Shown: in pieces, positions 1 to 11,395 of the stretch
Numbering within the stretch: the stretch's first letter is position 1
Layout: every line of letters starts with the position of its first letter
NCBI GenBank assembly: GCA_030704615.1
Contig: CM060732.1
Coordinates: forward strand, 60,884,001 to 60,948,000
Direction: 5' to 3'
Source of the DNA: Takakia lepidozioides
Taxonomy: Eukaryota > Plantae > Bryophyta
Length of the DNA stretch: 64,000 nucleotides
Program-made: the position numbers and the translations under genes
Notes under the pieces: model-generated
Database searches by the model: none
Told to the model about the DNA's origin: nothing
The model's input: the letters and a program-made list of their open reading frames with translations, nothing else

Positions 1-17
1 ATCTACCATTCAGTTCC

Positions 18-120
18 ATGTCACTCTCAAGAGAGGGTGGGAAAGATTTGACATGCCGGAAACCAGCATACAATCCTGTCATGCACGTGTGCATTGAGTT
101 CTTACATTATTCCTATTATC
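18..120. repeat. Dispersed repeat segment (second copy at ~16652-16762)
   Basis: TGTCACTCT..GAGAGGG..GGGAA(A)GATTTGACATGCC.GAAAC..GTTCTTACATTATTCCTA is present at both positions. Confidence 0.8.
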
Positions 121-224
121 TTCTGTATGTATATAAATATAAATATAAATATAAATATATAAATATATAAAGGAACACATGGGAGCGACAGCTCACAAAT
201 CAGTATATATATTATGCCCCAATT

Positions 225-1265
225 TGGAGCTTCTTTTGATTCTTGTAAATTTTACCTCTAAAAGGGATATTTTGGTCTATAAAGGTCTGATCCTTAGGGA
301 ATATTTGTTAAAATACATTCATTTTCTCTTAATAATTCAACTTGTAAGAATAATAATAATGATAATATGGTTGTAGTATATATATACGAAGACAAATGAT
401 AGGAATAATGGTTTCTTTTTATTTAAAAAATAATAATAATGTAAGAACTTAATGGACGCTATGCGATCTGTTCGTATTCTAGGGACAACTGAAGGTGGGA
501 GACTAGTTTAGCATAGAGTGAGAATAGGGTGCCATAGCGCCACGTCATCATAGACACATCATCATTGCCACATCGTCATCATCAGCCACATCATCATAGA
601 CATGTCATCATCACCACATCGTCGTCAACCACTTCATCGGAGACACGTCATCATCGCCATGTCATCGTCGTCAGCCACATCTTCGTCGTCGTTTTTCTTA
701 AGAACCTACCCGGACTGCCCGAAAAAACCAAAAAAAAGTTCTCCGATCTTCGTGGAGGTGTTGAGTGCTCACCTCGGTTTCACTATTATTCTAGCAAGGA
801 CCGAAGCTCGGAGACTAGTTTAGCGTACAGCGGGAATAGGGTGCTATAGCACCATGTCATCATTGCCACGTCATTGTCATCAGCCACATCATCATAGACA
901 CATAATTGTCACCACGTCGTCGTGGTTGTTTTTCTTAAGAACCTGCCCGGATTGCCCGAAAAACCCAAGAAAAAAGTTCTCCAATTTACGTGGAGGTGTT
1001 GAGTGCCTAGTGCTTACCTTGATTTCACTATTATTCTAGCAACGGCTGAAGGTCGGGGACTAATTTAGCGTAGAGCAGGAATAGGGTGCCATAGCGCCAC
1101 ATCATCATAGACATGTCATCGTTGCCACGTCATCGCATACACGTCATCGTCGCCACGGCGTCGTCTTCAGCCACGTCATCGTCGTCGTTTTTCTGAAGAA
1201 CCTGCCGGGACTGCCCAATAAAACCGAAAAAAAGTTCTCGGATTTTCGTGGAGGTGTTGAGTGTT
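225..1265. repeat. Composite repeat: AT-rich segment plus three tandem ~250-310 bp units
   Basis: The unit GGAGACTAGTTTAGC..GAATAGGGTGCCATAGCGCCAC..(CATCGT)n..AAGAACCT.CCCGGA.TGCCC..AAAAAAGTTCTC..CGTGGAGGTGTTGAGTG repeats at ~480, ~790 and ~1035. The AT-rich part recurs at 10455-10576/11333-11390 and a degenerate unit at ~13155-13265. Confidence 0.85.
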
Positions 1266-1269
1266 GAGC

Positions 1270-2945
1270 CTTTTGATGGGCAGCGTATGGTCCGACACAT
1301 ACAGAGAGAATGTACTCGTAAGGCAGTGCTTGCTCAGTCCCATCGACCCTGTGGCTAGCAAAGGAAATAAATGCTGCCTTTGTGAGGGGCTTACTCCATC
1401 GTCGTCGTCATCGTCTGTGCCAGCCTTGGAAACCTGGAAAAGGGCAAAGACGTCCATGGTTGCATCCTCAAAGCTGGATTTTGCCAGATATTGTTTAAGA
1501 GGCTGTCCTCGCTGACATGTATGCCAACTGCGGGAGCATGCAGCATGCAATATGGCTCAACGAAATGTGGTCTCCTGGAACAGCATGATCGCAGGATATG
1601 CTCAACATGGGTGAGGAATGGAGGCTCTTGAGATCTATGACCAAATGCAACAGGCAGGGGTGATGCCCGGCAGGGTGACGTTACGTGTGTGCTCAATGCG
1701 TGTGGTAGGCTAGGGGCCCTGGAAAAGGGCGAAGAGGCGCATGCTCACATCATCAAAGCTGGAATTTTGCAAGACATCTTTCTGGAGACTGCCCTGGTCG
1801 AAATGTACGCCAAATATGGGAGCACGAAGGATGCACTAAAAGTATTTGACAAATTGGTTGAACGGGATGTGGTTTCCTAGAACGTCGTGATAGCGGGATA
1901 TGCCCAGCAGAGGCCATTAAAATCTATGATAGTATCCAACAGGAAGGTGTGATGCCCGACAGGGTCACGTTCATAATTTGTGTTCTCAATGCTTCTGCCA
2001 GCATGGTGGCCCTGCAGAAGGGCAAAGAGATCCATGCTGACATTGTCAAAAGCTGGAATTCCGTCACATATTAATTTGGAGACTGCCCTTGTTAACATGT
2101 GCCAAATGTGGGAGTGTAAGGGAGGCCTGTCTAGTGTTCAACAATATGGCTGAGCGAGACGTGGTCTCATGGAGTACAATGATTATAGGGTGTGCTCAGC
2201 ACGGGTATGGTAGGAAGGCCCTGCAGCTATTTGATCAAATGCAACATGATGGTATGAAGCCAAAGAATATTAGTTTTATATCTCTTCTCCGCATGTAGCC
2301 ATGCAGGCCTAGTGGAGGAAGGCAGTCACTATTTCAATCCAATGAGTCCAGACTATGGCCTCACTCCTACAGTGGAGCATTTTGGCTGCATGGTGGACCT
2401 TCTTGGCCTGCAGGACGATCATTCGACGAGGCAGAAGAATTTATTAATAAAATGCCAATTGAAGCAGGTGCTTTGGTGTGAGGGGCGATGCTTGGTGCCT
2501 CCAGAATCCATGGCAAGGTTGAGATGGCAGAACGCATGGCAAAGAAGATTCTGGAGTGTGATCCAAAGGACTCATCAGCTTATGTATTGCTCTCAAACAT
2601 CTATGCAGCAGCTGGCAGGTGGGACGATGAAGCAATAGTGAGGAAAATGATGGAGGCCAGAGGTGTCAGAAAGGAGCCAGGGGGCAGTTGTATTGAGGTC
2701 CACAATCAGGTGCATTCATTCAGTGTAGAATACAAATTGCATCCACAAATTGAGGGAATCCATGCTGAGCTGAAGAGATTGTCTGGGCACATGAAGGAGG
2801 CCGGGTATGTGCCTGACACACACTTTGTATTACATGATGTTGAGGAGGAGCAAAAAGAATTTTTTCTTGCCTACTATAGTGAGAGGCTTGCGATTGCTTT
2901 TGGGCTCATCAGCATGCCCTATGGGACACCTATCTGCGTCATGAA
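1270..2945 (+). pseudogene. PLS-class PPR-E+/DYW pseudogene (RNA-editing-factor type), DYW truncated
   Basis: PPR motifs (ALVEMYAKYGS..A.KVFDK..ERDVVS), E domain ([17 protein letters not shown]), PG box (KEPGGSCIEV) and GYVPDT..VLHDVEEEQKE..YSERLAIAFGLIS. Multiple stops and frameshifts; the CxxC/DYW end is missing. Confidence 0.9.
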
Positions 2946-3793
2946 GTATCAAATGGGCCCCAAAATGATGCTATGGGAGTGGACTTGATCGGCAGGTGCA
3001 GCATCCTTGTATGCATTTTGTTTTGCTTTTACTCCGGATGGTCACCTCTCCCTCTCCTACTCAGTTTGAAAGTTTCTCATTTCTACAAATGTAGTTGAAA
3101 CCTCTTAGGACTCTCTTTGAAGGTCATTTTCTCTGCCCAGTTGGATCCAGAGAGTTTATTTTCTGAATTATGACCCACGTGACGTTTTGAAAGTTTTGGA
3201 CCAATGTATCTCTTTAACTATCTCAGTTTCAGGATTTCTTGTCTGTGCCTGTGATTGTCCTTTTAGTCCTCCAATACATTAGCCTCAAATCAGGCGATAT
3301 TTCTCCTTTTGGTTTTGTTTGCGTATGAGATTCAGGGTTGAAGACGTGTTGCCTGTCATGTAGAGATTAATTGTAAGCTATCCAGGGTAGTAACCATGTA
3401 ACTCAGTCCAGGGGTTTGGGAGGGAAAATTGGGCAAAATTGTGGCTTTCTCAGCAAGTTGACTCACATGAGGATGAATTGTGATTTTGCAACTGGGGGAA
3501 GAGCTTCCCTCCTTGGGGCCAATAAGGGAGAGTCACACCCCTTGATCTATTAATACAACTTCCTTTGCAGAATTTACAGATCTCGAGGTGTTTAGATCCT
3601 ATCCCAATCTTGTTGTTCCTGCTATGATAGGCTTAAAGCTGCTTTTTCCTCTCTTCTCTCTCACAGGTGATACAAGGGCAGCAGCATGTGTGGAGGGGTG
3701 AACAACCTCCAGGGATCTCAAAAACTAGCTCAAGGTAATGGGCATTGGGTTACATCCAGCATCTTAACATGGAGTTTATTCAAATGTCTGCAG

Positions 3794-3900
3794 GGTTGTT
3801 TGATCCATCAATGCCACCCGAGTTTATAGGCAAAGAGATCATGAAATGCTTGGAGCTTGCCAAGAATGGTGTCCATGCACTGTTGTTAGTTCTGTCTGTA
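3794..3900 (+). pseudogene. Isolated exon fragment of an AIG1/IAN-family GTPase
   Basis: After a CAG acceptor it reads GLFDPSMPPEFIGKEIMKCLELAKNGVHALLLVLSV, resembling the post-G3 (DTPGLFD..KEI.KC..LA.DG.HA.LLV.SV) region of AIG1 proteins; no other AIG1 exons were found. Confidence 0.7.
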
Positions 3901-3959
3901 ACCAGGTTATACCCAGGTTATGTGCTCACAATTTTGGGTGAATCAGGGTGAATTATGAG

Positions 3960-5217
3960 CCTCTTGCTCATGGGCTCATGGATTAGTTTCTCCCGGCAGC
4001 TCTGGAACAGGGAAAATGCCTCCATGCGGGCATCATCAAAGCTGGACTCGAGTCAGATGTCCAAGTAGGGAATGCACTTTTTAGCATGTACTGCAAGTGC
4101 AAGACTGTGGCGGATGCATGCCAGGTATTCAATGATATGCTTCAACGGGATGTGGTCTCATGAAATGCGATGATGCAGGGTTTGCTTAACAAGGGCATCG
4201 CAAAGAGGCCTTTGAACTCTTTCAACAGATGCAGCAAGAAGGCATGCATACAAATGTGATCACGATCATGAGCATCCCTTCCCTCATGTGCCAGCATAGA
4301 CCAGGGAAAGTAGCTCATTATCAAAGCTGGGTTTGAGTCAGATGAGCTGGTTAACCTGTACTACAAATGTGAGAGCCCAGTGGATGTGCGGCAAGTGTTC
4401 TGTGAAAATGCCCAAACAAGATGTGATGTCCTGGAATGCAATGATTGCTGGATCTGCTCAGAATGGTCATGGTGAAGAAGCTTTAAACTTCTTTTGACAA
4501 ATGCAAAAAGCAGGCACCAAGCCTGACAGGGACATTTTCATCAGTATTCTTTGAAGGATGTGCCGGTCTGGGAGCCTTGGAAGAGTGCAAATTGGTCCAT
4601 GCTCAGATCAATAAATGTGGATTTGCACCCCCCTTGCTTGATGCCTGTAAAATTCTTGGCAATGTGAAGCTAGCAGAATGTGCAGCAAAATGCATACTTC
4701 AGTGGGATCCACAACACCCTGCAGCTGTTGAACATGTACACTGCTTCTGGTAGATGGAATGTTAAAGCATAAGGCAAAAAAAATGTAGGACAGGTATGAG
4801 GAAGGACCCTAGGGCGCAGCTGCAGTGAGGTTGACAACCTGGTGTATGTAGTTGTGGAATATAGACTGCATCCCAAAGTTGAGATCTAAGATATCATCCT
4901 GGGTATATGAAGGAGGGTTGAAAGACCTACGGAAGAATGAACGACATGCACTGTTGGCTACTACACCTGAGGCCTGTGCATTTACCCTCCAATAGGTGTT
5001 TTGTGGAGCCTGAGCAAGAAGTATTCTCTCTGGCATCACAGCAGGAAGCTGGCAATTTCTTCTGGGCTTATCAGCACGTCCTCTGGGATGCCCATTCACG
5101 TCATCTAGAACATTCAGGTGATGGTGACTGCTAGACCACCACCAAGTTCATCTCAAAGATTGTTTGAGCAAGTTGTTGTAATGGATACCAACTACTTCCA
5201 CCACTTCAAGACGGTGA
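3960..5217 (+). pseudogene. Second PLS PPR-DYW pseudogene
   Basis: Degenerate PPR motifs (VGNALFSMYCKCK..DACQVFNDM..RDVVS) and a DYW remnant HHSRKLAISSGLIST..GDC*TTTKFISKIV..DTNYFHHFK, with many disablements. Confidence 0.85.
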
Positions 5218-5796
5218 TTAGTGTATATTTGGTGGAGAAACAAGGAAATTGCGTGAAAGAAAGAACAGTATTTTGATACGTGAGGGTGCAAAAGGCAGAA
5301 TATTGAAACCATCAGGGGCAGCAAGCCAGAACAAAATTCAGGCTTTTCACTACACAAGAAGCACCAACGGTAGCATTCTCTTAAACTGAAAGAAGTGTGA
5401 CAATCAATTGGATAGTAAGTGCAAGCTACCCATGGTGATGATCACATTTTTTATTGCAGAATTATCCTCAAGTAGGAGCACAAGTAAACAGAGAGGTTCT
5501 AGCAGACCAGCAGCTTTATGTGGTCAAATGACACTTAGTCAGATGAGAGAGATGACCATATCCACAGGGATCCTACTAATTTTAGAAGAAGCCTAGGTGG
5601 GAAAGTAGACTAACTTCTAGTAATATGAACCCTTGCAGTAGACTGCAGTCCAGAACAATACAGTAAACATATGATGCAGACAGAACATCATCAGAGTTGG
5701 AGCAAACAAACAATCTAAGTGGGATACTTACAAATGCTACAAATCACCAAAGTGTTTTTCGTCAACGTCAATGTTCAACACGCTGCTAGTCACAGC

Positions 5797-8700
5797 CTAG
5801 AGCCAGGCAGGGTCGTGCAACGGTGTAACAACTGCCTTCACTTGTGTGTAGTTGTTCAATCCATAGCTACCCTTCTCACGCCCGATCCCACTCTGCTTGT
5901 AGCCACCGAATGGAATTGAGACATCAAAGACGTCATAACAATTGGTCCAGATAGTCCCAGCTTTTAAGGCACGGCTGAGAGTATTGGCTATATCCAAGTT
6001 TTTGGTGAAAATACCTGCAGCCAGTCCATAGGGTGTATCGTTTGCCCGCCGTACCACCTGGAAAGGAGAGAGAACACATCAATGAGACAGTGGCCTAGTG
6101 GGTCTCTGGAAAATTTCCTGGCTCTTATTGTGTATGAAATAAAACTAGGTGCCATGGGTCCGATTCTGGCAGGAGATAACTTCTGCCAGACCGTGCCATG
6201 GCAAGAACAACATGCTTTTGCAATAGAAGGTTTACTTACAGTTAAAAAGATCTCAACTACTGTGCACCCTGAAACATACCTCCTCTAAAGTCTTGTACTT
6301 TGAAATTGACTGCACAGGTCCAAAGATTTCCTCCTTGAAAATTTTCATGTCATCTTTGACATCACTGAAGATGGTGGGCTTGATGTAGTAGCCCTTGCTT
6401 CCCAAACGACCTCCACCTTTACAGCCAGCATTCACCAAAGAAATTATAAAAGATGTGCAGAACTAAAACTGAGTGTGTGCAGTCAATGAGCAGTAATACG
6501 CATGATTCCCGGTCCCCCTTTTGCCTTCTGTTGGGAGGAGAAGAGCAATATGAATTACTCGAGTGCCCTCTATCGTAACCACCTTTTGGATTTTTTGAAC
6601 TTATTGAACTTTCAGTCAAATAGTACCGAATAACCTAATAAATTTGAAGATTGTTTGTGGTGGGATACATGACTGGAGCATGTATCACTGAATCTTCACT
6701 CAGGGCATCTGCACTAAGGACTGGCCCTCTCTTCTTCTGCCCCTCTTCTAAGTCCCACTACCGGAGTGAGCCCCTAAGGTAGTCTGTTCCCTTTTGTTCC
6801 CCCCACACTGGGCGCGGGGTCAATGGCCACAAGGCACAGCAAACAACGTCTTATGAGTACATTTCTTGGGTCAATGGCAGTACAACCACAGCATGATACA
6901 GCTGCAGTACTGAGATATTCCACCACATACTTTCTACGAGATGATGTCCATGGAAGGGTATCAATTAATGCTTGATTCCTGTGACTGAATCCTTGTATGT
7001 ACTACAACAATTTTAGTTTGAGTCTCGACCCCCAGGAACACACTGGCTTGGATAGGCTTCATATCCCGCAGGTTATGTGCCCATAAGGTAAAATTGGCAG
7101 CACATTCTCTCCCTGTTCCTCTCTGAGGATGCCCTTGTTGCACTAGGCACCAGGCTGTCAAGTATGCCAGTCCTTAAACCAACAGTGAATTTCCTGTATG
7201 CAGATTGTCATGAGCGCGCAAGTGCTACTATGCTGAGGTCAGGCTCAGCTTCCACACCCTGGTGAGATGAACCCACAACCAGGTCCGGGACCATCATATC
7301 CCATGGAAACTATGCCCCAAAGGGCATGCCATGGGTACAACATAATATCCGGATGATACAATTTTTCCCCTAGACAATTGATATCACATCCACCTTGTCA
7401 ATCCCGAATCAAAGTGCACACACCTTTACAGATTCAAGGACAAAAGCATTCTGGCCATACCTGTCACGAGCCTTGCTCCTTGCTCCTGTCCAACATCGAT
7501 GTATCCCAAAATTTTGTCAAACTGTGTTTTGTCTACTTGTGGTCCCTGTTCCACCCCACCCTTGAAAGGGTCACCCACGACCCTTTTCAATGCCCGGGCT
7601 GTGGCTTTTTCTAGAAACTCATCGTAGATTTTCTCATGCACAAAGGTGCGTGAACCAGCACAGCAGCATTGGCCCTGGTTGAAGAAGAGAGCAAAATGGG
7701 AGAGCTCGACAGCAGCATCTATGTCTGAATCCTCACAGATAATAAAGGGAGACTTTCCACCCAATTCCAGTGTCACCGGCTTCAGATTGCTCCTTGCAGC
7801 CGCGGCCATGATCAGCTTACCGACCTCAGTTGAACCTGCCAGCCAAATCAAAATGGAATCCTCACTGATTCTGCAAAGTTTCTTTCTCATGAAGGACCAC
7901 ACAATCCACATTCAGAGAAGCCTCCAGATGGAAAGCACCACAAGCCAAAGCATCTGACAATTTTATCACCTCACCTCCAATATACCCTAGGCTGGGCAGC
8001 TTTATAAGTGGCATCAGAATATCATTTTGTATCTGAAATGCAGGAGTTTTGAGTTGAAATTCTATCAAACTGCTGCAAGGCCAGATTCAATCCACAAACA
8101 ACTTCTTCCAACTAAGGCTGGACCAGTTGAGAAGATCTTTTGATTCTACCAACCAAAAAACATCATGCAACTACCCTTTCTCCAAAGGTTGAGATGTGCT
8201 AATGCTATGATCAACGTCACAGAGTGATTGGTCGCTCTTGGTGGAATTACCTGTGAATGCCACTTTATCAATATCCATGTGGCTTGCAATTGCTCCGCCT
8301 GCTGTAGGACCATAGCCTGGTATAATATTAAGAACTCCCGGTGGAATACCAGCGTCAAGAGCAAGCTTTCCTGCCAGAAGTGCAGATAGAGGAGTTTGTT
8401 CCGCTGGCTTCAGCACAACCGTGTTTCCAGCTGCCAGGGCTGGCGCTACCTTCCAACTAAACATCACAAGAGGAAAATTCCATGGAATAATTTGGCCCAC
8501 TACTCCAATCGGTTCATGGTAAGTGTGTGCCAGGTAGGATCCCTCTGTTGGTATAGTCTGGCCAGTAATCTTATCGGCCCAGCCTGCATAGTAACGGAAA
8601 AGCTTGGAGACCCCTGGAACCTCAGCGTATCGGGCTTGCAAGTAGGGCTTCCCACTATCCAGTGTATCAAGCGCTGCGAGATCATCTGCATGCTGATCCA

Positions 8701-9142
8701 GCAAATCGGCATACTTCAACAGGATCCGAGCTCTCTCACTAGCGGGCAACCTTGGCCAGAGGCCTTCCTCAAATGCTTTCCTGGCAGCTGCCACCGCCCG
8801 ATTCACATCCTCTTCGTCTCCCTCGGCTACATGAGCGATAACTTCCTCACTTCTGGGATCGATCGTTGCAAACGTCTTGCCGGAAGCAGAATCCACAAAC
8901 TCCCCATTGATGAGCAGCTTGGTGTACTGCACCTCCACGGGTGCCTTGGAAGGGGTCTCCAGCTCCTCCGCTGCTGCAGCAGCGCCATAGCTCCGCACAG
9001 CTGAAGCCCTCACACCCTCCCGAATTGTTGATGCGTAGAGCGACCCATGATTCCTCTGCGACACTCTGCTGCCTGCCGAAGCACGCAGCATTCCAGACAG
9101 CAGCGACGCCGCACTCCTGGCCTTACTCGCCATGCCTGCCAT
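5797..9142 (-). CDS. ALDH2B: Mitochondrial aldehyde dehydrogenase family 2 (ALDH2B-like); exons 9142-8251, 7835-7461, 6416-6280, 6057-5797 (554 aa)
   Basis: R/S/A-rich transit peptide, [43 protein letters not shown] (catalytic Cys), EEIFGPV and [16 protein letters not shown] introns with consistent phases give 1665 nt. Confidence 0.96.
6748..6865 (+). mobile_element. 3'-end fragment of the RTE-like LINE family, inside ALDH2 intron 2
   Basis: CTAAGTCCCACTAC.GGAGTGAGCCCCT..GTCTGTTCC..ATGGCCACAAGGC..CTTATGAGTACATT matches 33648-33765 (related pieces near 14428 and 58200). Confidence 0.7.
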
Positions 9143-9524
9143 CTCCGTCTGCTCAATTCCCCTCTCTCCCCCCTGCACCACCACCAACACTCCTCACAAA
9201 TATAGAAACCGATCAACAACCAAAGTTACCTGATTTAACACTGCGGTCCCAACATCCAAAACTGGATTGCTTATACAAGCCGAGCTGACATCCGCCCATG
9301 TACGCCGGGAAACCTCCCCCCAGGCGGCGCCCTGCCGGAGACCATGCCAAACACTCTTATCGCCACCATATTCTTGAGCCCTAAGGGCTTATTATTTTAT
9401 TTTATTTTCACAAGGGAGAGAATTGAGGAAGAGAGAAGTATCATTGGAGGATTGTTGTTATTATTATTATATCTGAGGTACATTTTTTCTGTTTACAAAC
9501 AATTTTTAAAGAAAGAAACAATAG

Positions 9525-10289
9525 GTTAAAAGTTGATGTGGCAGATTCTGCCACTTTTTCGGCCTAATTCTCAGGCCGAATCGGCCACCCAGGGCAGAAT
9601 CGGCAGGGATGGCCAATTATGCACAGAGGATGGCAGGCCTATCACCCAGGCCCATGTCGTCAGCCATCAACCCGCCCACTTTCCCACTGAGGCTCGCCCG
9701 TTCATATCCTCTCCAGGGCTCTGAATCTGGGCAATCGATATAGGATAATCGAACCGCAATCATATTGCGCCACGTAGCGGCGAGAATCCGCCACACCTGC
9801 TTTTAACACCAGTGGACGGCCGTGTTTGGCTGACTCTACCCTGTGCGCGGCCATAGGGCTCGCTCTGACGGGCTCGCCCAAAGGCCGCTTGCAGGGCAGA
9901 ATCGGCCAAACATGGCCCGTTCTCTAGTACAAAATGTATCCCAGTTTGAGAGGGAAATCAACTGGCAGCATGTCAAGCTCTCTTTGAAAGAACGGGCAGG
10001 GTAGGGCCCATCTGGCCCGTTCACTGGCGTTAAAAGCAGGTGTGGTGTATTCTCACCACTATGTGACGCAATATGATTGAGGTTCAATTATCCCATATCC
10101 ATTGCCCAGATTCAGAGCCCTGCCCCCAAAGAGGATATAAACGGGGCGAGTAGCTTACGTCATGGGCCTCGGTGGTAGCTCTGCCGTCCTCTGTGCGTAA
10201 TCGGCCATCCCTGCCCATTCTGCCCTGGGTGGCCGATTCGGCCTGAGTTAGGCTAAAAAAGTGGCGAAATACACCACACCTGTTTTAAC
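9525..10289. mobile_element. Foldback/MITE-like palindrome: two inverted ~260-285 bp arms (9525-9807, 10029-10289), each with its own terminal inverted repeats
   Basis: Arm 1 CAGGCCGAATCGGCCACCCAGGGCAGAAT..AGGGCTCTGAATCTGGGCAAT is the reverse complement of arm 2. Each arm begins GTTAAAAG..GTGG and ends CCACACCTG..TTTTAAC. Confidence 0.85.
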
Positions 10290-10576
10290 GAAAGCATCAA
10301 GGCTCTGCACGATTCTAGCAATTGTTTTTTCATTTTATGCCCCATATTTGATTTGTACAAATAGCTGATCCATTTGTCCGGTCAACACTGGCATCTGACG
10401 ATTTTTCGCCAGAAAAGAGATACTAATAACCAGGGATATAGGTATATATTATTTAGAGCTTCTTGTGTAGATTTTACCTCTAAAAGGGATATTTTGGTCT
10501 ACAAAGGTCTAATCCCTAGGAAATAATTTTTAAAAATATATTTACTATACCTCACATTCTCTTAATAATTCAACTT

Positions 10577-11332
10577 AAAGCTTTAACCCTATGGAATCTC
10601 TGGAAGGTGAGATGTGCTTTTGTCTTTGAAGGGAGACCACCCCATGGGCAGGTCTATTCTTTTTAATATCTACCAAGACCTGCTTACCGAGGGGAGGAAG
10701 GCCTGGGATACCCTGTGTGCAGCTGTTTCCAGATCTTCTAAAGAACCTGGTAGGCAGCTCATCAATAGATTTCTGCAGTCCTGGGGCAAAAACGACACTC
10801 TCGGTTGTCTTCCCAACATGTGGTACTGCTGGAAACTCACCACTCCCAATTCTTGGGATATCTCCTGGTGATGGAGATGACAACGACTTCAACTAGAGGC
10901 ACAAGAAGCCTCGTGTTGCCAAGTTTAGGACACGTCTTAGATTCTAGCATATGGCACTTGTCTCTTCTTATAATATTCTCTAGCCCAGGTCATCACATTT
11001 GACCCCCTAGAGCTTTTCTAGCTGAGCATCTTCCCTGTTGGTTACCAGCATTCCTATGTAGGCTAACCTCCTCGTTTTTCCTCGTGCACTTGCTGCATTC
11101 TTCTCTGTCAGACACACCTCCTGGCTTATTTCCTCATGCATATTCTGCATCCTTCTCTGTCACAGTCTTCTCTTCGTTACTAACTAGTATGCTTGATCAC
11201 GGGGAAGTTCCCCCCAGTCAGCCTTTGACGGCCTCCCTGGTGGTTATTTTTTCCACCTTATGTGAACCTTTATTCTATTTAATTTGATTAAAAGGGCTTC
11301 TGTCCCCTTTCTATTTTTTTTTTTTTTTAAAA
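10577..11332 (+). mobile_element. 5'-truncated L1-type LINE 3' end with 6-bp TSD (CAACTT)
   Basis: Encodes LTLWNLWKVRCAFVFEG (W..W..R...F motif at the end of LINE ORF2). Flanked by CAACTT at 10571-10576 and 11333-11338; the empty site is seen at 338-343. Confidence 0.85.
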
Positions 11333-11395
11333 CAACTTGTAAGAATAATGAATAATGATAATATGATTGCATTATATATATACATATATATATGA

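Noticed and set aside
478-1265. CRISPR-like repeat/spacer array or His/Ser-rich proteins
   Set aside because: Units are long and degenerate with no unique spacers or cas genes; the ORFs come from CAT/CGT low complexity
1270-5217. PPR stop codons rescued by U-to-C RNA editing
   Set aside because: The locus is nuclear, many stops derive from TGG, and frameshifts are also present
8396-9288. + strand ORFs of 202 and 115 aa over ALDH2
   Set aside because: Antisense shadows of a GC-rich coding exon
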